Shown piece after piece: positions 23,839 through 34,404 of a stretch of 34,404 nt of DNA (position 1 is its first letter; every line of letters starts with the position of its first letter). The notes beneath the pieces are model-generated. The model saw only the letters and a program-made list of their open reading frames with translations, did not search any database and was not told where the DNA came from. The translations under genes and the position numbers were made by a program. Origin of the DNA: Diploschistes diacapsis (lineage: Eukaryota); assembly GCA_023645945.1 (NCBI GenBank), contig JALAIB010000084.1, forward strand, positions 1-34,404, in the 5' to 3' direction.

Positions 23839-26800
23839 TCAACGATCCCTCTCAGCGCCTCGGATCCGGGAGATTCCTTTTTTCCGGATGATACTTCCAC
23901 CTACAGAGTTACTTACTTTGTACAAGGGCTACATTATTGCACAAGGTTGGTTTGTAATGACATTATACAGTATTTTACCTCGAATCGCGAGTCAAGATTG
24001 TCGTTGCAGAAAGTTTCTTCAGGGTTAATTCGTGATAGACGTAAACGGTAACACGGGTCGGTGTCGGTCTCGAATTCCGATCGAGTGGTCAGGGGGGGGG
24101 GGTGGCCCCCAACCAGACGTGGCATTTTACCAATGCATCCACCGAAGGGGTTACTCTGTAGATGTTGTACAGTACAGAGAGGTAAGAATGGAACGAACGC
24201 CCCCGATGTAACGCTGACGGGTCCATGTTGAAAACAGGCTAGCCATGTCGTGGTAATAGACCAGGCGGGCTCGATACAGCGGGGAGGGGGGGGTGGTTCT
24301 GGGTTATATACGATCTGCAATGTTAAGAAAGGTAGATAGTCTATCTGTTGCTGTAGGCTGTGTAGCTACCTGTCCAAGCTTTGCACGCCTTTTTTGGGAT
24401 TTTTTTTTGGGTCTGGGAGACGGTGGTTGTTGCTTCTGGCTACTTGTGCGTGACCACACGAACGCCTTCCTCTTTCTCCCCCCCCCCTTTTGTTCTTAGC
24501 AAGCATAGTTGAAGAAACTTGTTGCTACGTGTTGGCAACAGCGAGAGAGATGCAAGATATTATATTATACTTGTAAGCTGTACTTGCGTTAACCTCCATG
24601 CCCCACGTGTAAGGTGGTGGAGGCTGAGATACGCCACGATGGCTGGAGCGCCATCTGCAGCCAGAACTCCTAGATGGTAAACCGGCATTGCGTTGAATGC
24701 GGGATCAAAGATTACTGATCATTAGGAGAGTCAACGGCAGAATGTTGTAGTAGTATCATCCTACGTTATAAGTTACAACTGCTATTGATTGGGTGCGGAC
24801 TTGTGATGCGGCATTGATCCAACATCGCCACATTTCAAGCACGTTACTGTGCTTCCCACGCTACATTTCCTGTGCTCTACGATGCGAAACACAACCCACC
24901 CGCATTCCAGATCCCGAGCAAGAGGACCGCGAATCTAGGAGAACGCGGAAGCACGGCCTCCTCCCTTGCCCCTCATCCTACCCTCGAATACTACCCCATT
25001 CCCCAAAACTCAAAAAGGGCTTTATATTGGACCGGAATCTCCTCCTTGGTTGGCTGCTATTGACCGCTGATCAATGAGACGGTCGTCTCGCTAACGCAAG
25101 GCACGCCTCTGTTTAGCCCAAGGACCCATGTTCTGGGATTTTGCACAAGCGGTGGAAGCTGGAGTGTCGTTGCTGCGCTGTGCATGGCGCATGCCATCCT
25201 CAAGGCCTACCAAAAGATTGCAATAACAACAATGCACTAGTCTTCTTGCTGGCCTATAAAGTTAACACGCACGCCGTACTCTTGATCGGAGAGTTACTGG
25301 CGGGGATTGTCTGCTGCGACTTTGTCCGCATGTTTAGAATCCTAGCAGATCTCAATTCATTTACTCGGAGCCGCTTCCGGGTAGATGTGGGATCCAGACG
25401 GGGAAGAAGATTGGTGAAGAGTGCTCCATTGCTCGGGCTGTGTACGTAACTTGGAGTGCCCATGAACCTACAACTGAAAACAGCGACGAATGACTAGTCC
25501 TGTACTGAGTCGTTGACGGTACTATAAGACCGTCTCTTCAAACGCTTAATGGTAAATTGTTGTTTCCGGAGAAACACATTAACCGACAATGGTGATGCTG
25601 AACGCTTCTTCTTATGAACACGTCGTGCGCCCTTTGCTTCGGAAGCAAGAACGCCCCGCTCGCAGTTCCTGAAAGGGCCTACTGTGTCAATAGTAAGCAT
25701 GAGAGTTTGAGTCGCTGCTGGCCAAATAAGCGCCTGTTCGTTGGGCATATTGATGACCTATGCTGAGCTCGATTTCCTGCCTCGGACGTAGCGACCAAGA
25801 TATGATATGAATGCTGATACATTTGGCGATTAACTAAGCGGCTATGGTGTCTGTTTGCAATAAGACACTCCTGTACATTAAGACTCCAATCGGGCTCGAT
25901 ATGGCAGGTGAAATCCGATTGCTCTCCGGGGTCCTATACCGAGTAACGCTCCAAATCATTCCATGCTTATATTTGGGTAGGGTCATTGCAATATAGTGAG
26001 TCTAATGTATTGTTTAAGCTCATTCCAGGCATAACCGTTTTTGGCCCTTTGATGGAAGACCGATTTTCTTTGGAAAATTGGTGACTTGAGATAGAAAATC
26101 AGTCTCGGGAATTCGATTTGCCTAGTACCTGTCTGATAGGTTCCTCCGAAACGGCTCCTACGGCACGTTTGTTCATAAAGTCGCTCTCTATCCAAGGCTG
26201 AAGGTCCTAGTGGATGTGAAGGCTTGCAAGCAACTAGCCAGTCTCTGCTCATCAGCATACAGGAGGCCGGGCCGTCCATATCAGCGGGCACGAGACCGAC
26301 CCCATATAGGGCTTCTTGAAGTGGCTCGCGTCTACCAGCTTATGTCCATGGGCAAGACTTAACGCCCTAAGATCTGCACAAATTGGGGTGTGTCATCCAC
26401 ATTAAGATCGACATAGCCGCGCGATATAGAAGACGGGATATACACGCAGCTTCTCAGCCATTCTGGTCCCAGGCAAGTTCTCACCCATGAACAACGGGCA
26501 TTGACGATCTCAGCCGCGAGAATGTGTAGTTTTGTTGCTTCTCACGGATGGAATCTCGCCTTGAACATCTGAATTGCGAGCTTGATTCCCAAGCGCGCAA
26601 GGCATCCTCTGCCGGCCGGGCCTGCCTTCATTCATACCAAAGAACCGAAGAGAGAGTCACAAAGTTTCCTTGGTTTAAGCTAGACAATATGGCCACTGCA
26701 CCCATATTGACCGCGCATTTGATCGAGGAGAAGATGCTCAGAAGGCAGATACTAACACCTATGCTAGCCTTTTGGCTAGCCTCCAATAGCCAGGTGAACC

Positions 26801-26900
26801 AGAAACCTGGTTCAACAAGTCAGAGAAGTATAGGAACGCATAATCCTGGAAGTAGTACGTACTTGCACGTTGCAAATTCCAAGTCTGAAAGGAATTAAGT
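23839..26900 (-). other. Putative cryptic intron-rich transcript (unknown protein or spliced lncRNA) divergent from FBA1
   Basis: Series of 44-63 nt GT-AG candidates on the minus strand: 26862-26807, 26260-26207, 26128-26085, 25297-25254, 24776-24715, 24583-24525, 24369-24315, 24218-24156, 23978-23929. Several join open frames. No complete ATG-to-stop model and no recognised homolog. Confidence 0.45.
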
Positions 26901-26918
26901 TAATCAACTCATAAGGCG

Positions 26919-26930
26919 TATTACGTAATA
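26919..26930. promoter_or_regulatory. Perfect palindrome TATTACGTAATA containing a bZIP-type TTACGTAA site upstream of FBA1
   Basis: 12-bp palindrome about 110 nt upstream of the FBA1 ATG; function is inferred. Confidence 0.35.
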
Positions 26931-27039
26931 TTTTATGCCTCATTGTTGCTATGAAAACAATGCCCCTCATATGTTGTGGCTTCCCCTCCTACAGGACAAT
27001 TTCTATCCAGGTACCTACTTTCCCCGATCAGCACTCAAG

Positions 27040-28379
27040 ATGGGCGTCACAGAGGTTCTAACTCGAAAGTCCGGCGTTATTGTGTACGAGGTCTCATCTA
27101 CAGTTATCTTGTATGGGAACCGGGAGCTGATGTTTTAATAGTGGGGAGGATGTGCGCAAACTGTTCAAAGTCGCACAAGAGAAGGGCTTCGCCATTCCGG
27201 CCATCAACGTGACATCGTCCTCGACCGTTATCGCATCGCTTGAAGCTGCAAGAGACGCAAAGTCCCCGATCGTCATCCAGGTCTCTCAAGGAGGGGCGGC
27301 CTTCTTTGCTGGCAAAGGTATCTTGGATAACCCAGACCCTTGCCTCCTGAGCGCAGCTAAGGACTAGGTGTCGGCAATTCCAAACAGGAGGCATCCATTG
27401 GCGGCGCTGTTGCTGCTGCGCATTTCGTCCGCTCGGTCGCCCCGTTATATGGCATCCCAGTGGTCTTACATACGGTGCGTACATAGCTTAGGAACTTAAG
27501 TGCATGTTACTTACGGCCGTAGGATCACTGCGCCAAAAAACTACTTCCTTGGCTAGATGGTATGGTAGGTACTGGCGGTTCGCTTCTTCTTCGGGAGCTA
27601 ACATGTGTTAGCTCGATGCCGACGAGGCTTACTTCAAGCAAAACCACGAACCCCTCTTCTCTTCGCACATGATTGATTTGTCCGAAGAGGAGGTCGAATG
27701 GAATATCGATACAACAGCGAAATATCTGGAGCGGGCTGCCCCGATGAAGCAATGGCTCGAAATGGAAATTGGCATCACAGGTGGTGAGGAGGATGGGGTC
27801 AACAACGAGTCCGTCGACAATAACTCGCTCTATACCCAGCCTGAAGACATTCTCAACATTCATACTCGGCTTTCCAAGATTAGCCCATATTTCTCTATAG
27901 CCGCGGGCTTTGGGAACGTTCACGGCGTCTACAAGCCCGGAAACGTGAAGCTCCATCCGGAGCTGCTCTCCAAACACCAGAAGCACGTCGCTGAAAAGAT
28001 CGGGTCCAAAGATTCGAAGCCAGTCTTCTTCGTGTTCCACGGTGGCTCTGGAAGCAGCAAGCAGGAGTTCAAAGAAGCCATCGAATATGGCGTTGTAAAG
28101 GTGAACCTGGATACTGATATGCAATATGCGTACCTCGAAGGCATTCGCGACTACATGCTTTCCAAGAAGGATTACGTCTCAACTCAAGTCGGCAATCCAG
28201 ACGGCGAGGACAAGCCCAATAAGAAGTATGTGCACGGCAATGGCCCTGTTCAAAGCGTATACTGATCGTGGTTCTTTAGGTACTATGATCCTCGCGTCTG
28301 GGTGCGCGAGGGGGAGAAGACGATGGCCAAGCGTATCGCTGAAGCTCTGAAGGACTTCAATACAGAAGGCCAGCTCTGA
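27040..28379 (+). CDS. FBA1: Fructose-bisphosphate aldolase class II, 6 exons
   Basis: Exons 27040-27083, 27142-27317, 27368-27474, 27523-27564, 27612-28225, 28280-28379. Motifs 'FAIPAINVTSSST', 'PVVLHTDHCAKKLLPWLDG', 'FSSHMIDLSEE', 'LEMEIGITGGEEDGV', 'FGNVHGVYKPG', 'VFHGGSGS', 'KPNKKYYDPRVWVREGE'. Confidence 0.98.
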
Positions 28380-29898
28380 TTGCAGGGCTATCGCTGACAA
28401 AGAGTTGGAGCAAGTTTAAGCCAAGGGGAAGCGCTTGCCCCTCAGATCCAAAGGTTCAGTATACCAGACCGGCTTCAGCGTACAGATCGCATTGCCCGTT
28501 GTAGCTAATCGAGCAGATTGCCTCCATAAGCTAAAAAAAAAATTGAATGTACGAGTGTAGAATTCATTAGGAAAGCAATGGTTCCCCCTACCCAAGGGAT
28601 CATATCAATTCATACTTGCTACATACAACCGTCATGCTAAAATGACTTTATTTGGGAACCCGTCAAACCTGCTTCCTTTTCTTCGCTGGATTTCTTTTGT
28701 GAATAGCAACATTGATGCTGGGGCGAGTACTTGGCGGCCCTCTATCGTGCGTAAGAACGCTCTCGCGCCATGTCTGATTTGCCCTCTGTCAATTTACTCG
28801 TGGTGACAGCACGCTTGGCGCTTGCGAGAGCATGTATCATTCCACCCCTCTAATCCGCCAGCCCACGCACTAGGGCAGTCCAGCATCCATGGGTTTCTAC
28901 CAAGGTTCGATACCGCTTTATCTTAAACCTGTAGGCGCATCAGGTTCGTTGGTGTTCGGGGTTGAAAAGGGGAAAAAGCCCGTCCGTGGGTATTGGATCA
29001 AGCCGTTGTTGGCCGCTTTCCATGATGGCATCATGCTGAGGAGTAGAACGGAGTGGCTCTCGGTCACGGCCAAGACCGGTGGTATTGGATATGATGAAAC
29101 GAATGGTTGACAGGAGTGCTTTTGTTACGCTAACGAGAGCCAGCAGGGTTCACTTTGTTTGTGGGAATCAAGCATGGGCTTAGATAGCATGCTTGCTTGC
29201 TTGCTGGTTGGATGGAATGTACCATTAGGCGTTCGTATCTGGGGAAAGCTTATTGAGGTAAGTTTGCATCTGACATAGCTGGGTTAATGAAGACAATGGG
29301 ATGCAATGCTAATGGGTTGAAAGAAGTGTTTTTGGCCGCAGTGATAGACAGGCGATGTCCGAGGAGCGGAAAGAAAAGAGACAGAAAGTACTCTTTGTGG
29401 GTGTGCAATAGGGAGGTGGGATTGTGGTGACCATGGATACACGCATGTGCAGGTACAAAGAATCTGTAGACAATCTTAGATTGAGATGAAGCTTGCTGAA
29501 AGGACACAAAGCGAGAACTTCAGAATGAAAGACCTACAAGCATTGAATTCGGGATCAACTTAAATTAAACTTACCAGAATTTTCCCATACTATCATGAGC
29601 TATAAGCCAACATGGTCTTGCTAGATGGATACTTCAGAATAGCTTCGATGCTATGTTAGATAGTGTATTTGATCCCCACCAAGTAGCCTGCCAGTACGCA
29701 TGTTAGCCACAAAATATGTGACAATCAGTCCAAGAATACTTGAAGCAAGTGCAAGCAATATATTGTCCCAATCTGGTCGAAACAAGCATTTCACAAATAT
29801 CAGCTGGCGGCTTGTAAGGGTGGCATTTCCTTCAGACGGCCCGTCGATCCTGCCGCTCTTTTGCTTTCGAAAGCGACCATTCCAAGTAGCCGAGTCGA

Positions 29899-31092
29899 TC
29901 ACTGAGGGTGAGAGGTTGCTATATCTTGTCCTCGTTGCGCCCCGTTTCTCCGTTCTTTTGCCTCTTCAAGAGCTTGCTTCTGCAATTCAATCTCGCAGCT
30001 AGGGAGAAGTAGCTCGGCGTCATCAATTGCCCTTTGAGCGGCTTTCAGAAACTTGGTTTCGATACAGGCTTGAGCGTAAACGAGGTACAGGTCGCCCAAG
30101 TCGACCATTGAAATCTCGTTGCGGATTCGAGTTCTGTATAGCTGAATGGTATCTCCAAGGTCCATCCGCGCGAGAACAAATTGCCCCCGCAGAACATTGT
30201 TCCAACCCTTCTGTTTCCATACATCAGCCTGGAATTTAACTACTGACCTTCTTCCACGCTGCTGCAGGGGAACTTTGAGCACAAGATCCAATGCAAGGAG
30301 GTACCAAGAGTCTGCCAGATGTCGAAAACCAGCTGCGCACATACCCTGTGCCTGTGTCAGCACATGCTTACCCTCCGCTAGAATCGATTCAATGGTCGTC
30401 AAACGCGGTGGCGCATTCATGATGCTCTGTACTTCGTCTTCGGAAAAATACTGGTGTGAAGGATTTGGATCTGACGCTGGACTACCAGGCACTCGCTGCC
30501 CTTTTAGCGTCTTCATTCCATCGAGGAAGGTCTTCATGGCTGGCCGTCCACGCCGCCGTAGGCTATAAGGGCCACTGTTCGAATATGAGCAATGAAAACA
30601 GTAGACAGATTTCCGGTTGGGGGCCGCCAAGCCAGCGCACCGGGTGGACAGATTCAGAATCGTAGCGAAGGTTTCCAAGTGTTTGACAGAAAAGACGAGT
30701 TGGTATTGTTCGCTGTTGAAAAGGGTCCTAGCCTGTCGATACTGTTCCTGGAGTGTAATAGTCGCCAGAAGATTTTCAGATTTTGGGCCTTTCCCTCCCT
30801 GAAGCGTTGGTTGAAGTCGGACAGCTGCAAACAGCCGATATGCGGTGTAGGCTAGATAGCTCTCTTGGAAATTGAACGAGATGAAGCTATTTTTCATATA
30901 GAAAAACTCAAGAGACTCTTTGGAAAGCTGCTTGTTCACCGTGAAAAGGGCTGTGCAGTAGTTAGGGCGGAGCCATTCGTGGTGCTTCTGATGTCCGATA
31001 CCTTGATCCATCTCTGTAACCTTCGTGTCCTCAAGAAGGTAAGAGTAGATGTCGAGTCGAATCTCAATAGGCAGAACCAGTAGAGGAATCAT
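29899..31092 (-). CDS. Uncharacterised intronless protein (~397 aa) with an F-box-like N-terminal motif and helical, possibly TPR-like, C-terminus
   Basis: Uninterrupted ORF from ATG 31092. 'PLLVLPIEIRLDIYSYLL' and 'ALFTVNKQLSKESLEFFY..NSF' match the common fungal LPxEIRxxIY...L+xVxKQ+xxEA pattern. TATA-like element ~70 nt upstream (31161-31168). Confidence 0.7.
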   Translation of the reverse strand: MIPLLVLPIEIRLDIYSYLLEDTKVTEMDQGIGHQKHHEWLRPNYCTALFTVNKQLSKESLEFFYMKNSFISFNFQESYLAYTAYRLFAAVRLQPTLQGGKGPKSENLLATITLQEQYRQARTLFNSEQYQLVFSVKHLETFATILNLSTRCAGLAAPNRKSVYCFHCSYSNSGPYSLRRRGRPAMKTFLDGMKTLKGQRVPGSPASDPNPSHQYFSEDEVQSIMNAPPRLTTIESILAEGKHVLTQAQGMCAAGFRHLADSWYLLALDLVLKVPLQQRGRRSVVKFQADVWKQKGWNNVLRGQFVLARMDLGDTIQLYRTRIRNEISMVDLGDLYLVYAQACIETKFLKAAQRAIDDAELLLPSCEIELQKQALEEAKERRNGAQRGQDIATSHPQ

Positions 31093-31892
31093 GATCGCTC
31101 TTTGAGGGGATCCTCTACGAGACAATAGTCAATGTAGAAGGAAACACGAGTCTCTAGGACTATATAAGAGCGCGATTGCATGCTTAAACTTGGGAAAGGT
31201 TTGAAGGCCATTGTACTGAGTAGAAAGAGGTTTAAGGAGCATTGTTTCAAGTCGAGAGAGCATTGCTTTGTCTTTAAAGATGTTTGGGGTGCATACTCAA
31301 TCTGAACTCACGGTATACTTGCGGCCTCTGTTCTTGTCGACGCTTGAGTGAACTCTTCAACATTTCGACATTCGAAACCTTGGTGAACTTCTCAGAAGAT
31401 GTACTCCAGAGATAGCCCCCATTTCAATGCTATGGTTTATACGTTTTTGTCAACGAAATCGTGGTATCTCCAGACATGTAGATATAATAGTTGGTCACCC
31501 CGCGGCATAGTATCAGTAAAACGTAGCAGTTATGGTTTATTTCGATATTTTGGACTTGAAGTGACCGTCGTGACAGTACAGTATTCGAAGTGTCTTCAAC
31601 TTCTTCCTGTTGCGATGAGAGGAGACTGGAATTCTCCAAGAGCCAACCACAATGGAAGAATTATACCTAGAATGGTTACTATTGGAGTACTTCGAGATGA
31701 CCAGGGTACATCCTATCGGGCAAGCAAAGGTAAATATCTCTTGTTATACCAAAGATAATATATTCTATGTTCTTTCGTATTACGTCGTAACAATAAGGGT
31801 GAGGCAGGGGCATATTTGTAGTTTCTTGGCGCACATTCTGAATATCTTCATTCACCCGGCCAGCAAAGTCTCTCGGTCGCGAGCAAGCAAGC

Positions 31893-33298
31893 ATGGCAGA
31901 CAACACTCCGGTCTCATTAGAGGCCATAACAAATGGAAACGCCTCTCAAAGATCGACAGACGTTGCCGACGAGTATGACCTCCTTCCCAAGCTCATTCCG
32001 CACCTCGACCGCCATCTAATATTCCCCCTCCTTGAATTTCTCTCCGGCCAAGATGAAGACGACTCAAAACGTCTGCTGGAAACCAAGTACGAGCTTCTCA
32101 AAACCACAAACATGACGGATTATATAGCCAACCTCTGGCAAGAAATTCATAACTCCTCTGACATCCCTGAAGAGTTCCACAGGAAGCGCGAGACCGTCCT
32201 CTCCCAACTACAGAAATACCAGGACGAGACTGCGCATATCGACGAGCTTCTGAATGACGAGTCGGTCGTCTCCAATCTCCGTAGCGACAAAGTCGCCAAC
32301 TTGAAATTCCTGGAGCAAAACCATGGCGTGACCACGGAAATGGTGGACATGCTCTACACCTATGGGCGCTTTCAGTACGACTGTGGTTCGTATGCGGCCG
32401 CAGGCCACCTGTTGGACCGCTTCCGCATTATCTCTACCGACACAGACAAAGTATACAGTGCCGCATGGGGAAAATTAGCCTCTGACATTCTCACCCTCAA
32501 TTGGGAGGTAGTCATGGAGGAAACCACGAAACTGCAGGACACTATCAATACCCGCCTGTTCAACAATCCGCTTGCCCAGCTTCAACATCGTACATGGCTC
32601 ATCCACTGGTCCTTCTTCCCCCTCTTCAACTACGACGCCGCCAAGGAGCCCCTGATCGAACTCCTCTTCTCCCCCAACTTCATCAACACCATCCAGACAA
32701 ATTGTCCTTGGGTCCTGCGCTACCTCGCTGCGGCCGTCATCACGCAACGATCTCGCGCCAAGAACTCCGGCGCATATCAGAAACAATTGAGAGACCTAGT
32801 GCGGGTCGTCAGGCAAGAGATGTACGAGTACAGGGATCCCGTAACGGACTTCATCAAGGCTCTGTACATCGACTTCGACTTTGAGGAGGCGCAGAAGAAG
32901 CTGGGCGAGGCAGAGGCGATACTGCAGGGCGACTTCTTCCTGGCCGCTAGTGCGGAGGCGTTTGTGGAGAGCGCGAGGCATTTGATCAGCGAGAGCTACT
33001 GCAAGATCCATCAAAGGATCGATATCAAGTAACGCTTTCCTCTCGGTATTCTCTCCGGTTTTTTTTTTGCTAATGCCGTCTTAGGGATCTCTCCACGCGC
33101 CTGGGCCTCGATCAAGACGAGGGCGAAAAGTGGATCGTCAACCTCATCCGCGATACACGCGTGGACGCGAAGATCGACTACAAAGACGGCACGGTGGTCA
33201 TGAATCACCCCCCGCAGAGCGTCTACCAGCAGGTCATCGAGCGCACCAAGGGCGGATTCTTCAGGACGCAGGTGCTCAGCGCTGCGGTGGCCAAGTAG
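31893..33298 (+). CDS. INT6: Translation initiation factor eIF3 subunit E (Int6), 2 exons
   Basis: Exons 31893-33028 and 33085-33298. '[23 protein letters not shown]', '[11 protein letters not shown]', '[16 protein letters not shown]', 'YRDPVTDF', PCI C-terminus '[19 protein letters not shown]...[11 protein letters not shown]'. Confidence 0.97.
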
Positions 33299-33689
33299 GG
33301 CAGGTGCGGTCGATTCTGGCAGTAGGAACGAATAGACAACATCTCGGTGAAAAGCAAAAAATCACCCAAACCCAAACCTTCTGAAATCAAAAAGTGGGAA
33401 AGTTGGAAGATTCAAGAAAATCGAAGAAAGATGAAGCTTGCATTTGGCATCGGCATGGCCTTACGGACGTTACGGAGGATCCCAGCTACCCTGTGACTGG
33501 TTCGGGATCTGCAGCTTCGTGCGCTCCAAGGGCGGGCGTGCCGAGCGGAAAAAGACTAGCTCATGTGATGGGACTTGAGCAACAGACAGTCATGAAAAGT
33601 ACAAAGATCCTTGTGCAGCAAGCTCTGGTTCCAAGTCCACCCTCTCTGCCATTAAAGCAAAGCCATCCTTATCCCCACGACCCCATTGT

Positions 33690-34404
33690 CTATCGAAGAA
33701 CGCCGCTCCCGAAGTAGCCGCTGTACAAATCCGCCATCCCCTTTTCGTTGTTCAAGCAAGGCCTTATAATCTTGACTTCCCCAGGCCAGTATCCCTCCAC
33801 AAAATCCGCCTCTCTTTCTTTCTCCTCTTCTCCCCCATCCTTGCCCTCGCTCTCGCCAGAAAGCCTAAGAAAGGCCGCCTTTCTTTCTGCCCTCCACAGA
33901 GCCAATCCGGCGACGACGTCGTACACGGTCTCGCTCTCTTCCTCCCTGTTCTCCCCCTTTCCGCTGTCTCCCTCGCTCGGCTCTTCCGCCGCCTTCCCCT
34001 TTCCCTTTCCCTTTTCTCTCCACTCCGTGCTGCCCTCCACATCTCTCTCACCCCTCTCATCAACAGCCCTCTCCTTCTCCTCCTTCCCCATTTGCCTCGC
34101 ACGGACGGCACCCTCCTTCCCGAAAAACGGAACGTCATGCCCGGCCGCCGACCGTGGAGCTTCCGTATCCGGATCCTGGGTCGAGGACCGGTTCCTGGCT
34201 TGCGAAAGCGGGGAGCGGAACGAGGGTGCGGAGGCGCGGGCGGGGTTTTGTAGGTGAGGATTCTGGCGGCCGGTGTTGTGCGAGTAGGGGTGGGAGGGAC
34301 TGCGCTGCGCTGCTGCTGATACCGGGCCGGATAGTGATGTGGGGGGTGCGAGCTCGAGGGTTAGTGTCTGCAACGCGAAGAGGGCGGAGGCGCGGGGGCT
34401 GGGC
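33690..34404 (-). CDS. 3' part of an uncharacterised low-complexity protein, truncated by the window end
   Basis: Frame open from the window edge to TAG at 33692-33690 (over 235 codons); S/P-rich then E/K/G-rich with a 'KGKGKA' motif. No recognised domain. Confidence 0.55.
   Translation of the reverse strand, partial: PSPRASALFALQTLTLELAPPTSLSGPVSAAAQRSPSHPYSHNTGRQNPHLQNPARASAPSFRSPLSQARNRSSTQDPDTEAPRSAAGHDVPFFGKEGAVRARQMGKEEKERAVDERGERDVEGSTEWREKGKGKGKAAEEPSEGDSGKGENREEESETVYDVVAGLALWRAERKAAFLRLSGESEGKDGGEEEKEREADFVEGYWPGEVKIIRPCLNNEKGMADLYSGYFGSGVLR

Noticed and set aside
24018..24030. TTAACCCTGA on the minus strand as a telomerase RNA template
   Set aside because: Does not match the TAACCCTAA template expected for TTAGGG fungi, and lies inside a coding-like exon; no other telomerase RNA elements identified.
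24125..24155. 'NPFGGCIG' as a CAAX-type pheromone precursor
   Set aside because: The Cys is not followed by three residues and a stop; the frame continues.
26548..26898. 116-aa plus-strand ORF upstream of FBA1
   Set aside because: No recognisable motif, and a canonical intron lies on the opposite strand within it.
27525..28124. 199-aa ORF antisense to FBA1
   Set aside because: Typical antisense shadow of a highly codon-biased gene.
29091..29150. ATGATGA as box C of a C/D snoRNA
   Set aside because: No CTGA box D or terminal stem at a suitable distance.
1..34404. Transposons, CRISPR arrays, tRNA or rRNA genes
   Set aside because: No transposase or reverse-transcriptase motifs, LTR or TIR pairs, regularly spaced repeats or cloverleaf signatures seen by eye; a covariance-model and repeat-library scan would be needed to exclude them fully.

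Overview
Eukaryotic nuclear DNA from a filamentous ascomycete (Pezizomycotina-type proteins; mostly 45-65 nt GT-AG introns with CTAAC/CTGAC branch points). Intact spliced genes in order: importin beta-3 PSE1/KAP121 (-), a CBS-CBS-PB1-TM Mug70-like protein (-), RPS26 (+), a VanZ-like membrane protein (-), SAGA subunit SPT7 (+), a fungal RGS-domain membrane protein (+), class II aldolase FBA1 (+) and eIF3e/INT6 (+). An intronless F-box-like/helical-repeat ORF (-) lies between FBA1 and eIF3e, and a low-complexity ORF is cut by the right edge. Accessory DNA includes a decayed NACHT_N-NACHT-ankyrin NLR-like pseudogene (101-3871) and a 3.7-kb gene-poor stretch after SPT7 with possible HET-like and other coding debris. 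The most intriguing unexplained signal is a run of intron-sized GT-AG units on the minus strand between about 23.8 and 26.9 kb. These suggest a cryptic intron-rich gene or spliced lncRNA divergent from FBA1, followed by a perfect four-tier G-quadruplex motif. No tRNA, rRNA, CRISPR array or intact transposon was seen. All calls are by manual reading, with no database search.
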